Part shown: one piece after another, positions 1 through 13,259 of the stretch | Layout of the letters: the number at the start of each line of letters is the position of its first letter | Numbering within the stretch: position 1 is the first letter of the stretch | Assembly: GCA_026770705.1 (NCBI GenBank) | Contig: JANJGN010000013.1 | Coordinates: 117,738,001-117,802,000, forward strand | Reading direction: 5' to 3' | DNA from: Isurus oxyrinchus | Taxonomy: Eukaryota | Length of the DNA stretch: 64,000 nucleotides | Program-made: the position numbers and the translations under genes | The notes under the pieces: model-generated | What the model saw: only the letters and a program-made list of their open reading frames with translations | What the model was told of the DNA's origin: nothing | Databases searched by the model: none

Positions 1-7
1 AGTAATC

Positions 8-270
8 TGATGTGTAATATACCTTTAAGACAAGTGTTGTAATGTAAGATCACTTGATCCTAATACCCAAGAACAGAGTAGCGTAGGCTACTTCTGTGAG
101 AGAGTCTTGAGTCAGACACTGAAGAACGAAGACAGAGCTTTGAGTTATGAGCACACAAGTGTAGCTGCTGAGTTTTGTTTGTAAATAAACCACATGTGTT
201 TATTCTAACAATGATCTACTGACATTCTCTGCCTCTTTACCAACTTGGTCACCCCGAAACAAGCATGCAA
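8..270 (+). mobile_element. possible solo LTR (Gypsy-type)
   Basis: begins TG..ATATACCTTTAAG, resembling the ATATCACTTTAAG start of the Gypsy LTR at 42119-42387, similar length, internal AATAAA; no clean TSD. Confidence 0.4.
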
Positions 271-399
271 TCTGGATCCTTTAGCCCCAACGAACCAAGG
301 GCACTGGATCCAACAAAAGGATATAGAGGAGATTTCCCAGGATATTACCAAACATGTGGTACTTCAGTTATGATTGGAATTGTTTGGATTGTTTTTGTT

Positions 400-725
400 T
401 TCCTTGACCTTCAGAGGTAACCTGATGACCTAATAGAAGTTTTCCAGATGGTGAGGTTTGAAAATAATTTTCAAGAAATTTGGAGGGGGTTGAGGAAAAA
501 CCTTTTCAAAGAGAGTTGTCGGGATCTAGAATGCTCTACCTGTGAAGGTGGTGGAAGCTGATTCCATAGGTAATTCTAAAAGAGCATTCGCCGGGTACTT
601 GAGGATGAGGAATTTACAGGGTTCCAGACGAAAAGTGGGGATGTGGGACTAAGCACAACTGCTTTTTCAAAGACTAGCATGGTGAACTGAATGGCTTTTT
701 TTCTGTGCTGTAAGTTTCTATGATT
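400..725 (+). mobile_element. decayed CR1 LINE 3' fragment
   Basis: resembles the 3' ends of the CR1 copies at ~16150-16560 and ~61500-61850. Confidence 0.55.
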
Positions 726-1359
726 GTGTGGTGTCACTGGGCCTCTGTTTGGAGTAAATTCAAGCTCAACATATTCTTGCAACTAAGGCGAGAGAGGGTG
801 TTTCTTGCTTTCCCTCCTCAGGTTACTCATCGTCGGCCCATTATGCACCAAAGCTGAAAGACACATAAAGATACTCAGTTCCAAAACGTTACATTTCACA
901 TTGTGCCTTGCAAATTGACATTACGCAGACTGGAGATTTTGCTGATGTCTGGTTCCATTAAGAAAGGTTTTGTACTCAAAATGATCTTTGGGCTTTAGGG
1001 CCAGGACAGTTTGTGCTTCCATCTCCCTCCAGACCTCCCCCACCCTAATGCCAATACAAGATTCTGCAAGTGGGCCGATCAGTGCTAGGAATGCAAAAGG
1101 CCAGGCCAGAAAAACTCAAACATAACCAGGGGAGGAAGGTTGTCCATAAGGCAAAAAAAGAAATGATTTGTGATAAAATATTTAAATAAAGGCATTATTC
1201 AAGTCCCCATTTATATTTTAAAATAGCTTGTAAAATTATTACAAATATTTATTATCCATTTATGGGATTTATTCAAATTTTTCTCTTGTAGAACACAATA
1301 TAATTAACTCTAGCATGAGTTGCAGAAAATATTTTTCTTGTGTTTCCATTGACTACTAT

Positions 1360-2030
1360 AGGGAGAATTTTCTTCTCATCAGAGGGGTTGTGCGGGGGCG
1401 GGTGTGGGCGGGCGCACAGCCGATTGGTGCCCCCAATCGGCTGGGCACCACCATTTTACATGCCACTTTTTTTTACACCGCCAGTTAAGGCCCGCCCAGC
1501 GTGACGCATGCCCAGAAGCGCTGAGTGCTCCCTGTGTGGACGGGGGTGTTTGCCTGAGTCAGGGAGTGCGCTCTTTCACGCATGCGCATGAAAGAGTGCA
1601 GAAATCTCCCTGAGACACAGAGGTCCATCAGTGACATTACTTTCGCTTATAAAACATTGAATAAAGGTAAAAAAAAAATTAAGGACATGTCCCCTCATAT
1701 GAAACTGTCATATGAACTGGGACATGTCCATTAATTTTTTTTAAAAATTCAAACGCTTTAAAAACATTCGTGAAACCTCATCCCGCCTGTGGATGACGTT
1801 CCATGAAAAATGAAACGGCTGCCTGGGCTTTTCGCCTGCCCGCCAATCTTAAGGTCGGACGGGCAGCTCAGCTAATTGCTTTATTGGCTTTTTAAATGGC
1901 CTTAATACCCTTTGACAGTTTGGTGAGCGTGTAGCCAACTTGCAACTGCGTGCCCGCCGAACTGAAAAGCTAAATAACGCGCATTGACGTTGGGACGCAG
2001 CCCCCGCTCACCAAGCCAAAGATTCTGCCC
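1360..2030. mobile_element. ~670-bp MITE (PIF/Harbinger-type TIRs)
   Basis: ends (A)GGGAGAATTTT...AAGATTCTGCCC; homologous copies at ~3030-3424, ~25140-25834, ~35330-35580 and 56451-57100; the empty site is visible in the paralog at 4402-4867. Confidence 0.8.
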
Positions 2031-2789
2031 ATGGTTCATCAGTCAGTTAATATTGGCTCTCAATATTATTTTCGATATTTATGATCTTATGCTTGTTTTA
2101 TTCATGTCTTCATGACATCCTTATCCGAGATTTACTATTCTTTTTCTTAACTACCATTTATGTCACTTATATTTTTTAAACAGCCTTCTGTATTATACAT
2201 CAAATTACAGTAAATTGGTTGCATCAAAGTGTTGATGTGCAGAATATCCCTATAATCATTACAAATTATGACTTGAAAACTAATAGAAACATTCTGAGAT
2301 TTGACTGCTGAGCATTGTTTCTCAACAGATACTCAGCATTTGTAGAAATATTTTACAAAACCTTAACAATTTTCTCAACAAATGCTTATTTACTGCTGGC
2401 GATGTCAAGTAGCGCTTCCAGATTGCCATACAACATATTCAGGCCAGGTTTAGATAGGTTTTAGCTAATAGAATAAAATTTGTTAACGAGAAAAGCAGAT
2501 GATCCTGGCAAAATGATACTTCTCATTGTGTACAAATATTCAAAATAATAAGGGACATTATTCAGACATCAGCGTCACAACTTTAGTTGAGGGAGAGAGA
2601 AATCATAGGTTGCTGGTAAGTTTAGAGCTTGCTGTTACCAAAACTAAATGCTAATTAGATGATTTTATTTTCTCCATTTAATACTCCATTTTTGTCTATA
2701 AATTGTTAAAAATGTAATCTCAGTCTGCAAACTAATTTATTGCTTAGTTATGTATTCATGGTGGATAATGAGTTGTACATTCAAATAGT

Positions 2790-3570
2790 AAAGTCTTGAT
2801 TTTAAAATTCTCATCCTTGTTTTCGAATGCCCCTGTGGCCTTGTCCTTCCCTAGCTCTCTAATCCACTCCAACGCCACAGCCCTCTGAGGTATCTGTGCT
2901 TCTCTAATTCTGGCCTCTTGTGCTTTCCCATTCATATTTGCTGCACCATTGGTGCATGCCTTCAGTTGCCTAGGTCCCAGATCTGGAATCCCCTCCCTAC
3001 ACCTCTCTATGGAAATTTGAATAGAGGTGGGGAAAAAATTTAAGGACATGTCCCCTCATTTGAAGCTGTCACATGAGCTGGGACGTGTCCATTATTTATT
3101 TCAAAAGTTTTTATTTAAATAATAAACGCTTCATGAAATCTCATCCCACTCGTGGATGAGGTTTCATGAAAAATACAAAAGCCGCCTGGGCTCTTCGCCT
3201 GCCCGCCAACCTTAAGAGCAGCTCAGTTAATTACTATTTAACAGGCCTTAATAAGCCTTTGACAGTTCGGCGAGCATGCAGCCGACTCGGCCGCATGCCC
3301 ACTGAACTGAATATCTGAATGATGTGCGGTGACGTCGGGAAGCCCGCCCGATGTCACTGCGCGTCATTTTATGCATTGGTGAGCAGGCCCTGCCCCCCCA
3401 TTTGTTGACAGGAAAATGCTGCCCAGACTTTGACCAAGCTTTTGGTCGTCTGACCTAACATCTCCTTATGTGGCTCAGTGCCATTCTTTTTTTTTAAAAT
3501 TCCTGTGAAGCATCTTGGGTATTTCATTACATTAAAGGTGCTGTATAAATATAAGTTTTTGTTGCTGTTA
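2790..3570 (+). mobile_element. L2-type LINE 3' end interrupted by a partial MITE (~3030-3424)
   Basis: L2-like 3' tail ending ...aaaggtgctgtataaatataagtttttgttgctg; the insert matches the 1360-2030 MITE family. Confidence 0.65.
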
Positions 3571-4039
3571 AAGCATGGTCTGAATCATTATGAAACATTC
3601 TGATGCTTTAAGTCTGTGGATAATCTACCTAAAGTATTTGGGCTGTGAAATTGCACGTGGCCAGATAACATGTTTGTGTATCACAATGCATATTTGAACC
3701 CCTGCTATTGCTTCTGATGCAGACAACAAGCAAACTTCATGCTGCCTGCTAATTTGCATGACACTAGCACTAAACATGCTGACAAGTGACTGTATTCCTT
3801 AGCAGATACCCAAGTTTGAGCAATGCTCAAAGCTAGCCTGCACTACTTAAAGCCAGACCGTGCCTCTTAAAGAGGATGTGCATTCTAGCTGGAGCAGGTA
3901 CTGGCTTTAGCTGCAGAAGAAAGTATAAGCACGTAGAACATTGAATTATGGTGCACCAGGGCAGAAAACATGCTGTAAAGTACTCTGTCATGACCGGATG
4001 CCTTGGTGGAGGAGGTGAACAGGAGGAGGGAGGCCCCCT

Positions 4040-4164
4040 GGGTGGAATTTTACGGCCCCTCTGCCGGCATGATCTCTGGTCCTGCCAAAGTCAGTAGACT
4101 TTGGAACAGCTGGTTGCATTTTACGGCTCTGCCCCCACCGCGACGAGGCCATAAAATTCTGCCC
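4040..4164. mobile_element. 125-bp MITE inserted in the Myb-like remnant
   Basis: TIRs GGGTGGAATTTTACGGCC / GGCCATAAAATTCTGCCC. Confidence 0.75.
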
Positions 4165-4401
4165 TCTGTTTCTGGAGAGCCTCTTGTATGAGGCTAGGGT
4201 TGTACTTGGTGGGATATAGCTTTTGAAGATGAATTCATGGACCTTGATCACTTGTGTGAGGTAATTGAGCTTCTTGCTGCACAGTATCCAGATCCTCAGG
4301 ACTAAATGCTTGGCATTGCCATCAGTGCCATCTGCCTCCAGTTGCATAGTTTGTCTGGCCTCCAAACAAAAACAGATTATCTGGTCATTACCACATTGTG
4401 G

Positions 4402-4867
4402 CAGAAAACAATATAATTAACTCTAGAATGGGTTGCAGAAAATATTTTTTCTTGTATTTCCAGTGGCTACTCATGGTTAATTAGTGGGTTAGTGTTGGCT
4501 CTCAATATTATTTTGGATATTTATGATCTTTTGCTTGTTTTATTCATGTCTTCATGACATCCTTATCCAAGATTTACCATTCTTTTTCTCAACTACCATT
4601 TATGTCACCTGTATTTTTTAAACAGCCATCTGTATTATACATTAATTTATGGTAAATTGGTTACGTCAAAGTGTTAATGTCCAAAATTTCCCTGAAATCA
4701 TTGCAAATTATGACTTGAAAGGTAATAGAAACATTTTTAAAGATTTGGCTGCTGAGCGTTGTTTCTCAATACATGCTTAGTATTCGTAGAAATATTTTAC
4801 ACTTTAACATTTTTCTCAGCAAATGCTTATTTACTCCTAGTGATGTCAAATAGTGCTTCCAGATTGC
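4402..4867 (+). repeat. diverged direct duplicate of 1289-1359 plus 2031-2426
   Basis: colinear match by eye, e.g. ttggctctcaatattattttxgatatttatgatcttxtgcttgttttattcatgtcttcatgacatccttatcc. Confidence 0.9.
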
Positions 4868-5004
4868 TGTGCAAATTGCAGTTCCTACATACCACAATTA
4901 TTTCTTGCTTTGTTTCTTTCTGGGACCCATATAATGCAATCTAGCCAGGCTGCGGTGGAGAAGCAAGAACTGAAAGAACAGGAAGTCGGTGATGAAGGGA
5001 AGAA

Positions 5005-5145
5005 AATACCCTCACTGTCTCCCAGTACCCAGAGCTCTCACTGTCTCCCAGTACCCGGAGCCCTCATCGTCTCCCAGCATCTGGAGCCCTCTTCGTCTCC
5101 CAATGCCCAGAGCCCTCACTGTCTCCCAATACCCAGAGCCCTTGC
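5005..5145 (-). repeat. short 26-bp minisatellite array, inverted relative to 5365-6178
   Basis: units of ctcactgtctcccagtacccagagcc, the reverse complement of the long-array unit. Confidence 0.85.
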
Positions 5146-5364
5146 TGTCATCATAGGTAGCTTCAAGATGCCTGGTAAGATGGTGGATACAGACTCAATG
5201 GTAGCCTTCAAAAGAGAATGAGATAAACACTTGAAAGAGAAAAATATGGGGAAGAGCTAGCGAGTAGAGCTAACAGGATTCGTCTTTGAAAGAGTGGACA
5301 CAAACTCGATGAGTTGAATGGCCTCATTCTTTGCTATACTGTTCTATTTTATTAGAAACAAGTG

Positions 5365-6178
5365 AGAGCTTCAGGTATTAGCAGACAGTGTGGGCTCAGT
5401 TTTGAGAGATGTTGTGGGCTGTGGGTATTAGGAGACAATGAGATCTCCAGGTATTAGGAGACGATGAAGCTGCCAAGTGTTGAGAGACAATAAGGGCTCC
5501 AGGTATTTGGAGATAATAAGGTTTCTGGCTATTAGGAGATGATGAGGCATTGAGTATTGGAAGACAGCGAGGGCCCCAGGTATTGGGAGACAATAAGAGC
5601 TTCGGATGTTGGAAATCAGTGAGGGCTCCGGATATTAGGAGACGACGAGGCTGCAGGTATTAGGAGACAATGAGGGCTCCGGGTACTGGGGGACAATGAG
5701 AGCTCTGGGTAATGGGAGATGATGAAGGCTTCGGGTATTGGGAGAAAGTGAGGGCACCAGGTTTTGGGAATGATGAGGGCTCCAGATATTGGGGGACATT
5801 GAGGGCTCTGGGTATTGCGAGACGATGAGGGCTCTGGGTATTGGGAGACGATGAGGGCTCTGAGTATTGAGAGATGATGAGGGCTCTAGGTATTGGGAGA
5901 CGATGAGGGCTCTGAGTATTGAGAGACGATGAGGGCTCTGGCTATTGGGAGACGATGAGGGCTCCGGGTATTGGGAGACGATAAGGGCTCTGAGTATTGA
6001 GAGACGATGAGGGCTCCGGGTATAGGGAGACGATGAGGGCTCTGAGCATTGAGAGACGATGAGGGCTCTGGATTTTGGGAGATGATGAGGGCTCCGGGTA
6101 TTGGGAGACTGTGATGGCTCCAGCTATTGGGAGATGGTGAGGGCTCTGAGTATTGGGAGACAGTGGGGGCTCTGGGTG
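5365..6178 (+). repeat. 26-bp minisatellite (roughly 30 units)
   Basis: tandem unit approximately TATTGGGAGACGATGAGGGCTCTGGG; no unique spacers. Confidence 0.9.
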
Positions 6179-9100
6179 TGAATGCTCCAATGAAAACAGC
6201 ACTGCTTCTTCTATTACACCTGTCACCAATTAGAACACCATAACTGTGCTAAGAGCAACATTATTCAAACAGCCCCAAACTCTGGGGTGCTACCAATGCT
6301 CCTAACCGCACTCCAGCCCAACAGCAAGTCTGGAACAACTATTCAACATTTTCCTTTCCTCGCTTCAGTTTCCGCCCTTTCTGTGTTTGTGTAACTAGTC
6401 AATGCTTTTCTCAGAGACTGAATCTATAGACTGCCCCTGCCACTTCCCCCTAAATATTTATGCCTTTTTATAGCAACTCCAGTACAAGCATGTTCAGCAC
6501 ACAAAATTAATAAGGCCCATTTTTCGCATGCTTGGCATCAAGCCACCTTTGCTTTTCTGGTTGTTTTGTGTCCTTATTTTGCTGGGTTTTTCCTCTTGAG
6601 CAGGATCAAATCTGTAGACTCACCCCAGTACCTGCTTTCCTCTTTTCAAAACCTCCTGCTGCCTTTGATAGGCTACCTAAGTAATTCCTACCTGAACGTT
6701 TAATTCAGCTACAAGTTCTGGGTTCATTACTTCACTGCCTCAATACCTGGAGACTCCTCTCCATTGAAACTTCTATTCCAACACTTGCCGATAATTCAAA
6801 TGAAATGGTTGGTTCATGACATCCAGAAGCTAGGGATGAGGGTAAGGAAGAACATTGGGAGAGAATGGTAATAAATCAAATATCACACCGTCATAAAATA
6901 ACATTTTGTTATTGGATCTAAGTAAGGAACATATGTTAAAAACATGGTTAGCAATTTATTTTTTGATGTTGAACTTGTAAATTAATTACTGGCCTGTGAG
7001 AGAGAGGTGAAAGGTCAGGTGGGTCACATGACTGGTATGGTGCTAACTGTAATGGCTGCCAATCAGCAGTGGGTAAGTGTTGAGCCAGTCCAAGGGCTAG
7101 ACGGTGTTGAAACCATGAAGTGAAGCCCCCTTGAAACCTTCTCATGGAATCTAGCGAGACGCAGTTGAAAACCCCTGCTTTAAAGAATAGCTTTGAGGGG
7201 GATCTAGTGAGACCCAGACATAATTGGTCTGTAGCCAAGGGTGAGCTCTCACACAGACTCTGCTGCAGAGTACTCAGATAAGGACTTTGATGGACTGGCC
7301 TTCAGAAAAAGGCTGGCGGGTATGCACAACAATATGCTTGGTGCATAGGCAGGCTTGCCAGAAAGCCAGTGGTCAATGTCAAGAAGCATAGATGAGTTGG
7401 ATACCAACCTGGCGCAGGCCTTTCTGCAGAGCTTGGAGCTCATCCTTTCCAGCATGGAAGTGATGGCTAATTCCATTAACACAGCTGCCGACGCAACGTT
7501 TGATGACCAATGTCTTAGCTACCATTGCAGCACAAGGAGAAGCCATTCAACCTCGGGATGCTGAAGTGGAAGCTTACACTGAATTCATGCAAATTTAGCT
7601 TATTGCCATGCAAGCCCAGATTGCTGCCATGATGACTACAGATACAAATATTCAAAGGGGTTTGCAGGCTGCCAAAGCAGTCCAGTAATCTCCTTGTCTC
7701 CTTTTGTTTTTGTTTTTTTTGTTTTTATATCAGTCCAGTAATCTGTTCTCCAAAAGATTAAAAGGATTGCTGAGGCACTGCCCCAGGACTGTGGCCGTGC
7801 CTTCTTGGAGCATACACTTGTCCTCTCTCAACATGACTGCATCCAACCTCCCACGACTGCAACTCCATTGTGCTCTGCTGTTTCTTGTCAGCCAAACATC
7901 CTAGACAACTGCCATCCAAGCTGATTTGGTGCACTCTACAGCCAGGCCTACTAGGACTAGAGCTGCTCAAGTTCATCCTGCAAGACTTTCCTCTCCTCCA
8001 CTGAAAGTCAGCAGCATTCACTAACCATGCTGCACCCACTAGTGCTGCTTGGGAGCACTAGGATAGGCCAAGGCTCATGAAAGACAGGCACTAAGGGAAT
8101 GCACAATGGAAATCAGTTGATATTTGTATGCAATATGGCATGGTTTGATTATAAATTTGGTTGGAGTATTTATTTTGGGATGGCTTTTGTTTTTGTACTG
8201 TGACTAAGCGGATGCTGTGATGGTCAGTGACAGTGGAAAGTAAGAGGTGAGACTGTTGGCAAATAGGAAATTGGAATTGCATTCACTGGTTTTGGAGTTG
8301 GATGAGTTGATCACAGATAGCTTTTGCCAGAAAGGGGGCTGTGTTGGCTGTCTCTGCCCTTCCACTTGCTCCTTCTCCTCTTTCTTTTCAGCTGTTCACC
8401 ATATAGCTGGTGGCAAGGGTTGTTCCCTCTTGAAGGTGAGGTTGTGCGCCCCCGTTTCTGAGCCAGAAGCCCTGGGTTAAAGTCCCACTCTGAGACTTGT
8501 TGACAATGGATGAAACGTTCATGATGCAGTTCAAATAGGTTGATAATCCACCTGCTAATCCAACACATCCCCACTATTCTCCAAAAGGAAAAAAGTGTGT
8601 GTGAAGATACAAAACAAGTAGGCAAGCAAAGCAGACCACCACAAATCTTGGCACATACTCAGCCAAGTACTGCAGGCCTCCTTTAGAGCGGTCCATGCAG
8701 TGGAAGCATTGTTTAAACCCCAATGGTTTGTTGTATGACATTTTGTGTGGTAGCATAACTTTTGTGTATGCATGCTGCCCTTGTGTGTATGTGTTACATA
8801 CTGAAGTCATGAGCTATGTCATCAAAGATAGCCTTTGTCAACCAGTAGGTTTCTAGTTTGTTCACTTAGAGGTGGCACAGCAAACTGTCACAGAATGAAG
8901 GCATTATGACTGCTGCCAAGATACCAAGCATTGACCTGCATGATACCCTGTATATGGTGACACACCAGCCATGCGTTCAGGGAGTGGAATCCCTTCGGTT
9001 GCAGCTAGTGCATCTCAAAATTCCCATGTGGTGTCCACGGAGCAATGTACATAAATAGGTCAAAAGATTCGGATAGTTTCATCCCATTTGGCATAAGTCC

Positions 9101-9999
9101 ACATAATAAAAGAGCACATAATTCCATCTGATTTCACAGTTTTTTTTCCTACTCATAGAGAGATTGTATTTGCATATTAGCAAACTCTATGAGGCTGCAT
9201 TCCCATTATCTCTTGCAGATGGAAGGATGCCAATCAATCAATCTATGATGTATTTAATTGAATAATTACATTCCAAGGAGAGACTAAAAGAACATTTGAA
9301 AGACCAAATGATGGCATTTTTTTTAAGGGAGATCCAGGAGCTGAAGGGAATGAGTCAGCTTCCTCCAGCGAGCAGGATAAATACAAGTTTTGAAATGTCA
9401 TTAAGGAAACAATCATTGGAGGCAAGTTGACTAGGACCATTACAAAAGTTGTTGTCATGTGACATTTGAGCAACACAACCATGTCACAATGGTACTTTCC
9501 AAAATTTGGATAACAACCTCATTTTATTTTGTTGACAATCATGCTTATTTGCTCTTAGTCATGAAAATCAATATTGTTACTGTTGCATGAATTAAGTGGC
9601 TGTAAAAATGTTGTAGATGACATTCAATTTTTTAAAATAAATTCAAGCAATATATTGCAATATAATATTGAATAATGGGTCAGAATTTCCTGTGTATTTG
9701 TACCCTGAGACACTTAAAATTGGGTGTAAAGCAAATACCCAACATAAAAGATGGAATTACTGCTGACAGATAGACGTTCATCACCTTTTCTATGCCAGTC
9801 TATCGATCCCTGTGCCAGAATGCATCTCTTCATATTATTAAGGCTCCGCTGCATGCTAAAGAGCTAAACAAGTGATTGTTCTGCACTTATACTGCTTCAA
9901 AATGGGCACAAAATTAAGCAGATTCTGTGCGCAACAGGAAACAGAATAATTTTCTGGTGTTTTGTGATTTTTTTTGGAACAATTTTTAAAAATGTATCC

Positions 10000-12900
10000 T
10001 CAGTGAAATCAAGGGCTGCCTTGTGGTTGAGGCAGTTTGTGGTGGGGGGTGGGGGGGGTGGCTGCGGTTGAAGCGTGTTTTAGGGGGAGGGTGGGAGAAG
10101 AGCAAGGGCTGCCCTGCGGTTGAGGCGAGCTGGGGGGGGGGGGAGCAAGAGTTACCCTATGGTTGATGGCACAACACACATGAGGTGGGAGGGAGGGAAG
10201 CAGCCACATATCAGGGAAACCTTGTATAAAGTGACCAATCCTCCGCAGCTGAGACAGTTCAGACGCAACCAGATTGACATGTTTGAAGTCAGGCCTCCAG
10301 CTTATCTGCCCACTCAAGAAACGCAGAGGCATGAAAGTGCCACCAAGTGCTCCAGAGCTTCTCACCTCTCGGGTACAGACTGCAAACTAATAAGCGTTCT
10401 AGTGGACTGCAGATCAATTTGACGACTGCATACATTGTATTGGATTTGCCCAGCTCTCAGGTTTCCTACAGGGTGAAATTGACTGCACTCAGGTGGCGAT
10501 CGGCTCTCCATCACAACAAGTGGTCAACTACATTAACCGCAAGGGCTTCCATTCACTGAATGTGCAGCTGTTGTGCAACCACCACAAATGTATCCAGCAG
10601 GTCTCTGCTTGGTTTTGAGAGAGTGTGCACAACCCCTACATTCTCAGTCAGTCACAGATCCCTGACATCTTCCAGGGTCCACAGAGGCTGCAGAGATGGT
10701 TCCTCGGGGACAAGGGCTACCCGCAGAGGACGTGGCTGATGACAGCCGTGCGGCAGCCTCAGACTGCAGCAACTTGCACCTTGGTGATGCAAATTATCGG
10801 GATGCTGAAAATTAGGTTCCGGTGCCTGGACCACCCTGCAATATATACCACAGAGGGTGTTATGCATCGTCATCATCTGCTGCACCCTTTACAACCTGGT
10901 GCTGCAACAGGGAGAGGTACTGGCTGAGGAGGAGTTGGAGGTCTCTTTCACTAAGGAGGACGTCAACGGGGATGGGAGTGACGAGTTCCTCGAATGCGGC
11001 GATGATGGTGATGAAGCCATCTCGCTGGCCAGATGAGGTAGGCGAGCTTGGGAGGCCCTCATAGCTGCTAGATTTGTGGAGGATGATCGCAACATGCAGC
11101 GAACAGACACCATGGATCCTCACATTACACCTATGAACGTTTGCCTCAAGTCTGGCTTATGGCAGCGCACATAACCTCTGTGAGACGCACAGAGAAAATG
11201 AGAGAACTTCGTGATGCCTGCCCACGACATTCTGGCAGTAATGGCAAGCATTGCCAAGGTGCAGGCATCAGTAATGTGTCCAGGGAGTGTGAGGCCGGAC
11301 CATCATTTTGGTCTGAAGGCTACACAAAGCACAGGGAAGAAGCCCTGGACTGAGACACCTGCCTCTATCTTGTGCAGGAACCAAGATTTCACATCTGAGT
11401 GACACAAGTACTGCTCATCAGAACAAGAAGCCATAGGTAGGACGACATTCTTGGGAGTTTATTAACAAAAGTGATTATGTACAAGTGATTAATATCTGTG
11501 CCCAGCCTGTGCAATTACATCTTAACCTCCTAACCCTGCCACTACATCTTGGTGCTCCCCGGACATCCACAGCGGAGATGGAGGCAGCCTGCTGATAGCT
11601 ATGCCCTGTCTGTAAAGGCCTTGGCGAGCATCCTCTGGAGGGCCCCAGTCTACTTGTGACGTCCTGCTGTGTGTAAGTGGCACCCTCCTTGGCCTGTGGA
11701 GCTGGAACTGATGATGTCACAGGAAGAGGGGATTCGGATCGGCCAGACACTCCCAGAATCCGGAATCACCTGGGTATCCTCCTCCCTAAGGGTGCCCGAG
11801 GGCCTCTGGCTGACTCCTTGAGGAGAATGGGTAGCTGGAGTGAGATCAAGCTGACATGCATTGCTCTCATGTACACACTGTTGGAGGCTATGGCATCAGC
11901 GATGGAGTTGAGCCCTTGCAGCAGCTCCAGTGACTGAGGTATGATCGAGTCCAGTAGTTCATCATCTGACGTAGACACAGCAAATTTCTGGCCTCCAGCA
12001 GTCCTCCCAGCGCCGGACACCTGGGAAGTCCCTGCCGCCACCTGCTGTGGATCAGACAATGTGAGGTGCTCACTGGATTGTGAACCCGAGTGTACTCTAA
12101 AGCTAGGTCCCACCAAGGTGTGTGTCTCTGCGCTGGTGCAGGATGTCGGTGAGTGCTGCGATGGGTCTTCAACAAAGGTACCTTCAGATTTCTCTTCAGA
12201 GGTTTCTTCAGGGTTTGATTGGAGGCCCTGGGTCGTGGACTCCATCAGCTGTTTCCCAGATGTGCCTACGAAAGCAAGCAGAGATAATTAGTGCATGGCA
12301 GTGGCCTGTGAAACAGGACACATCACTCACAGCCTGGTTGTCTGGTGGATGTTGCACTGCTGGATCCTCACTTCGTCAAGCACCATCAACCTCCCTGTCA
12401 GCACAGGAACAGTCCAGATCCTCACCAGCCAACTGCATGGCTCTATTTTCAAAGTGCGTGAGGAGCTTTATTTCAGACATTCCTCCACCAGTCTGCGACC
12501 TTTCCCTCTTGTTGTGTGCAGCTTGTCCTGCATAAATAGAGTTGGAGAGAGGGTAAGCAGAACACTTCCCAGGCCAGATGATAAGTATGCCTGGCATGTG
12601 TGGTGGTGAGTGGTCCCACAGACTGGATGAGGACAATGAAGGTGTGTATGAAGATGTCTCTTGAACTGGCAGTAAGTGAGGCACCTGTGGATATGTGATG
12701 CATTTATCAGTGGGTGAGTTGAGAGTGACAGGAAGGGTGATTTACCTTGCCGGAACAGAGGAGATTATTCATCCTTTTTCATTATTGGGTCACTGTCCTC
12801 TTTTGTCGGAAGTTGACGCTGACCACTGCTGGATTGGTGATGTTACTGCCCATCCTGCGGCCAAAGCCAGGGTAGAGGACAATATGGCAGGCCTCCACAG

Positions 12901-13244
12901 CATCCAAAAGACGCTCGAGGGACATGTCGTTAACCCTTGGGGCTGCAGTCCTTTTGCCTTTTAGGGCATGTCTTCCATGCAGCAGTCCTGGGCTAGAAGC
13001 ACTGAGAGGTGTGTGCGGGCCTGCACTTCAAATATGACTCCCGGCATGATGAAGTGGCGAGGTGATGGCCTGGTGGGCGAATGAGACCCCACCTGCCGTC
13101 GAAACAGTGTGTTGCCCAGGAATGCATAATTAACACAATGGGATTGGGACGATATGGCGTGAGAAGCCACCATTGCAGTCGGCGGGTAAATGTCGCTTCT
13201 CTTCCCGCTACCGCACTTAATGCAAATCTGGGACAATTCTGCCC
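10000..13244. mobile_element. PIF/Harbinger transposon relic: HARBI1-like transposase on + (~10250-11090), convergent Myb/SANT-like ORF on - (~11500-12980), one TIR at ~13231-13244
   Basis: INRKGFHSLNVQL, WFLGDKGYPQRTWLMT, IIGMLKIRFRCLD; on - strand APRVNDMSLERLLDAVE; terminus GGGCAGAATTGTCC; stops and frameshifts present. Confidence 0.85.
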
Positions 13245-13259
13245 AATGTGCGTACTATC

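Larger units (their letters stand above)
3640..9065. mobile_element. old PIF/Harbinger relic: Myb/SANT-like ORF remnant on +, HARBI1-like transposase remnant on - (~8300-9065); heavily interrupted
   Basis: + strand DALVEEVNRRRE at ~4000; - strand KGFHSLNAWLVCHH..MQVNAWY.GSSHNAFIL, LVDKGY and FKQCFHCMDRSKGGLQY..FVVVC, matching DDE_Tnp_4/HARBI1 motifs. Confidence 0.7.

Noticed and set aside
5365-6178. CRISPR-like array or repetitive protein ORFs
   Set aside because: Units are contiguous with no unique spacers, the context is a vertebrate intron, and the ORFs are translations of the repeat
10250-11090. domesticated HARBI1 host gene
   Set aside because: Frameshifts, stops, a convergent Myb-like partner and a TIR indicate a dead transposon
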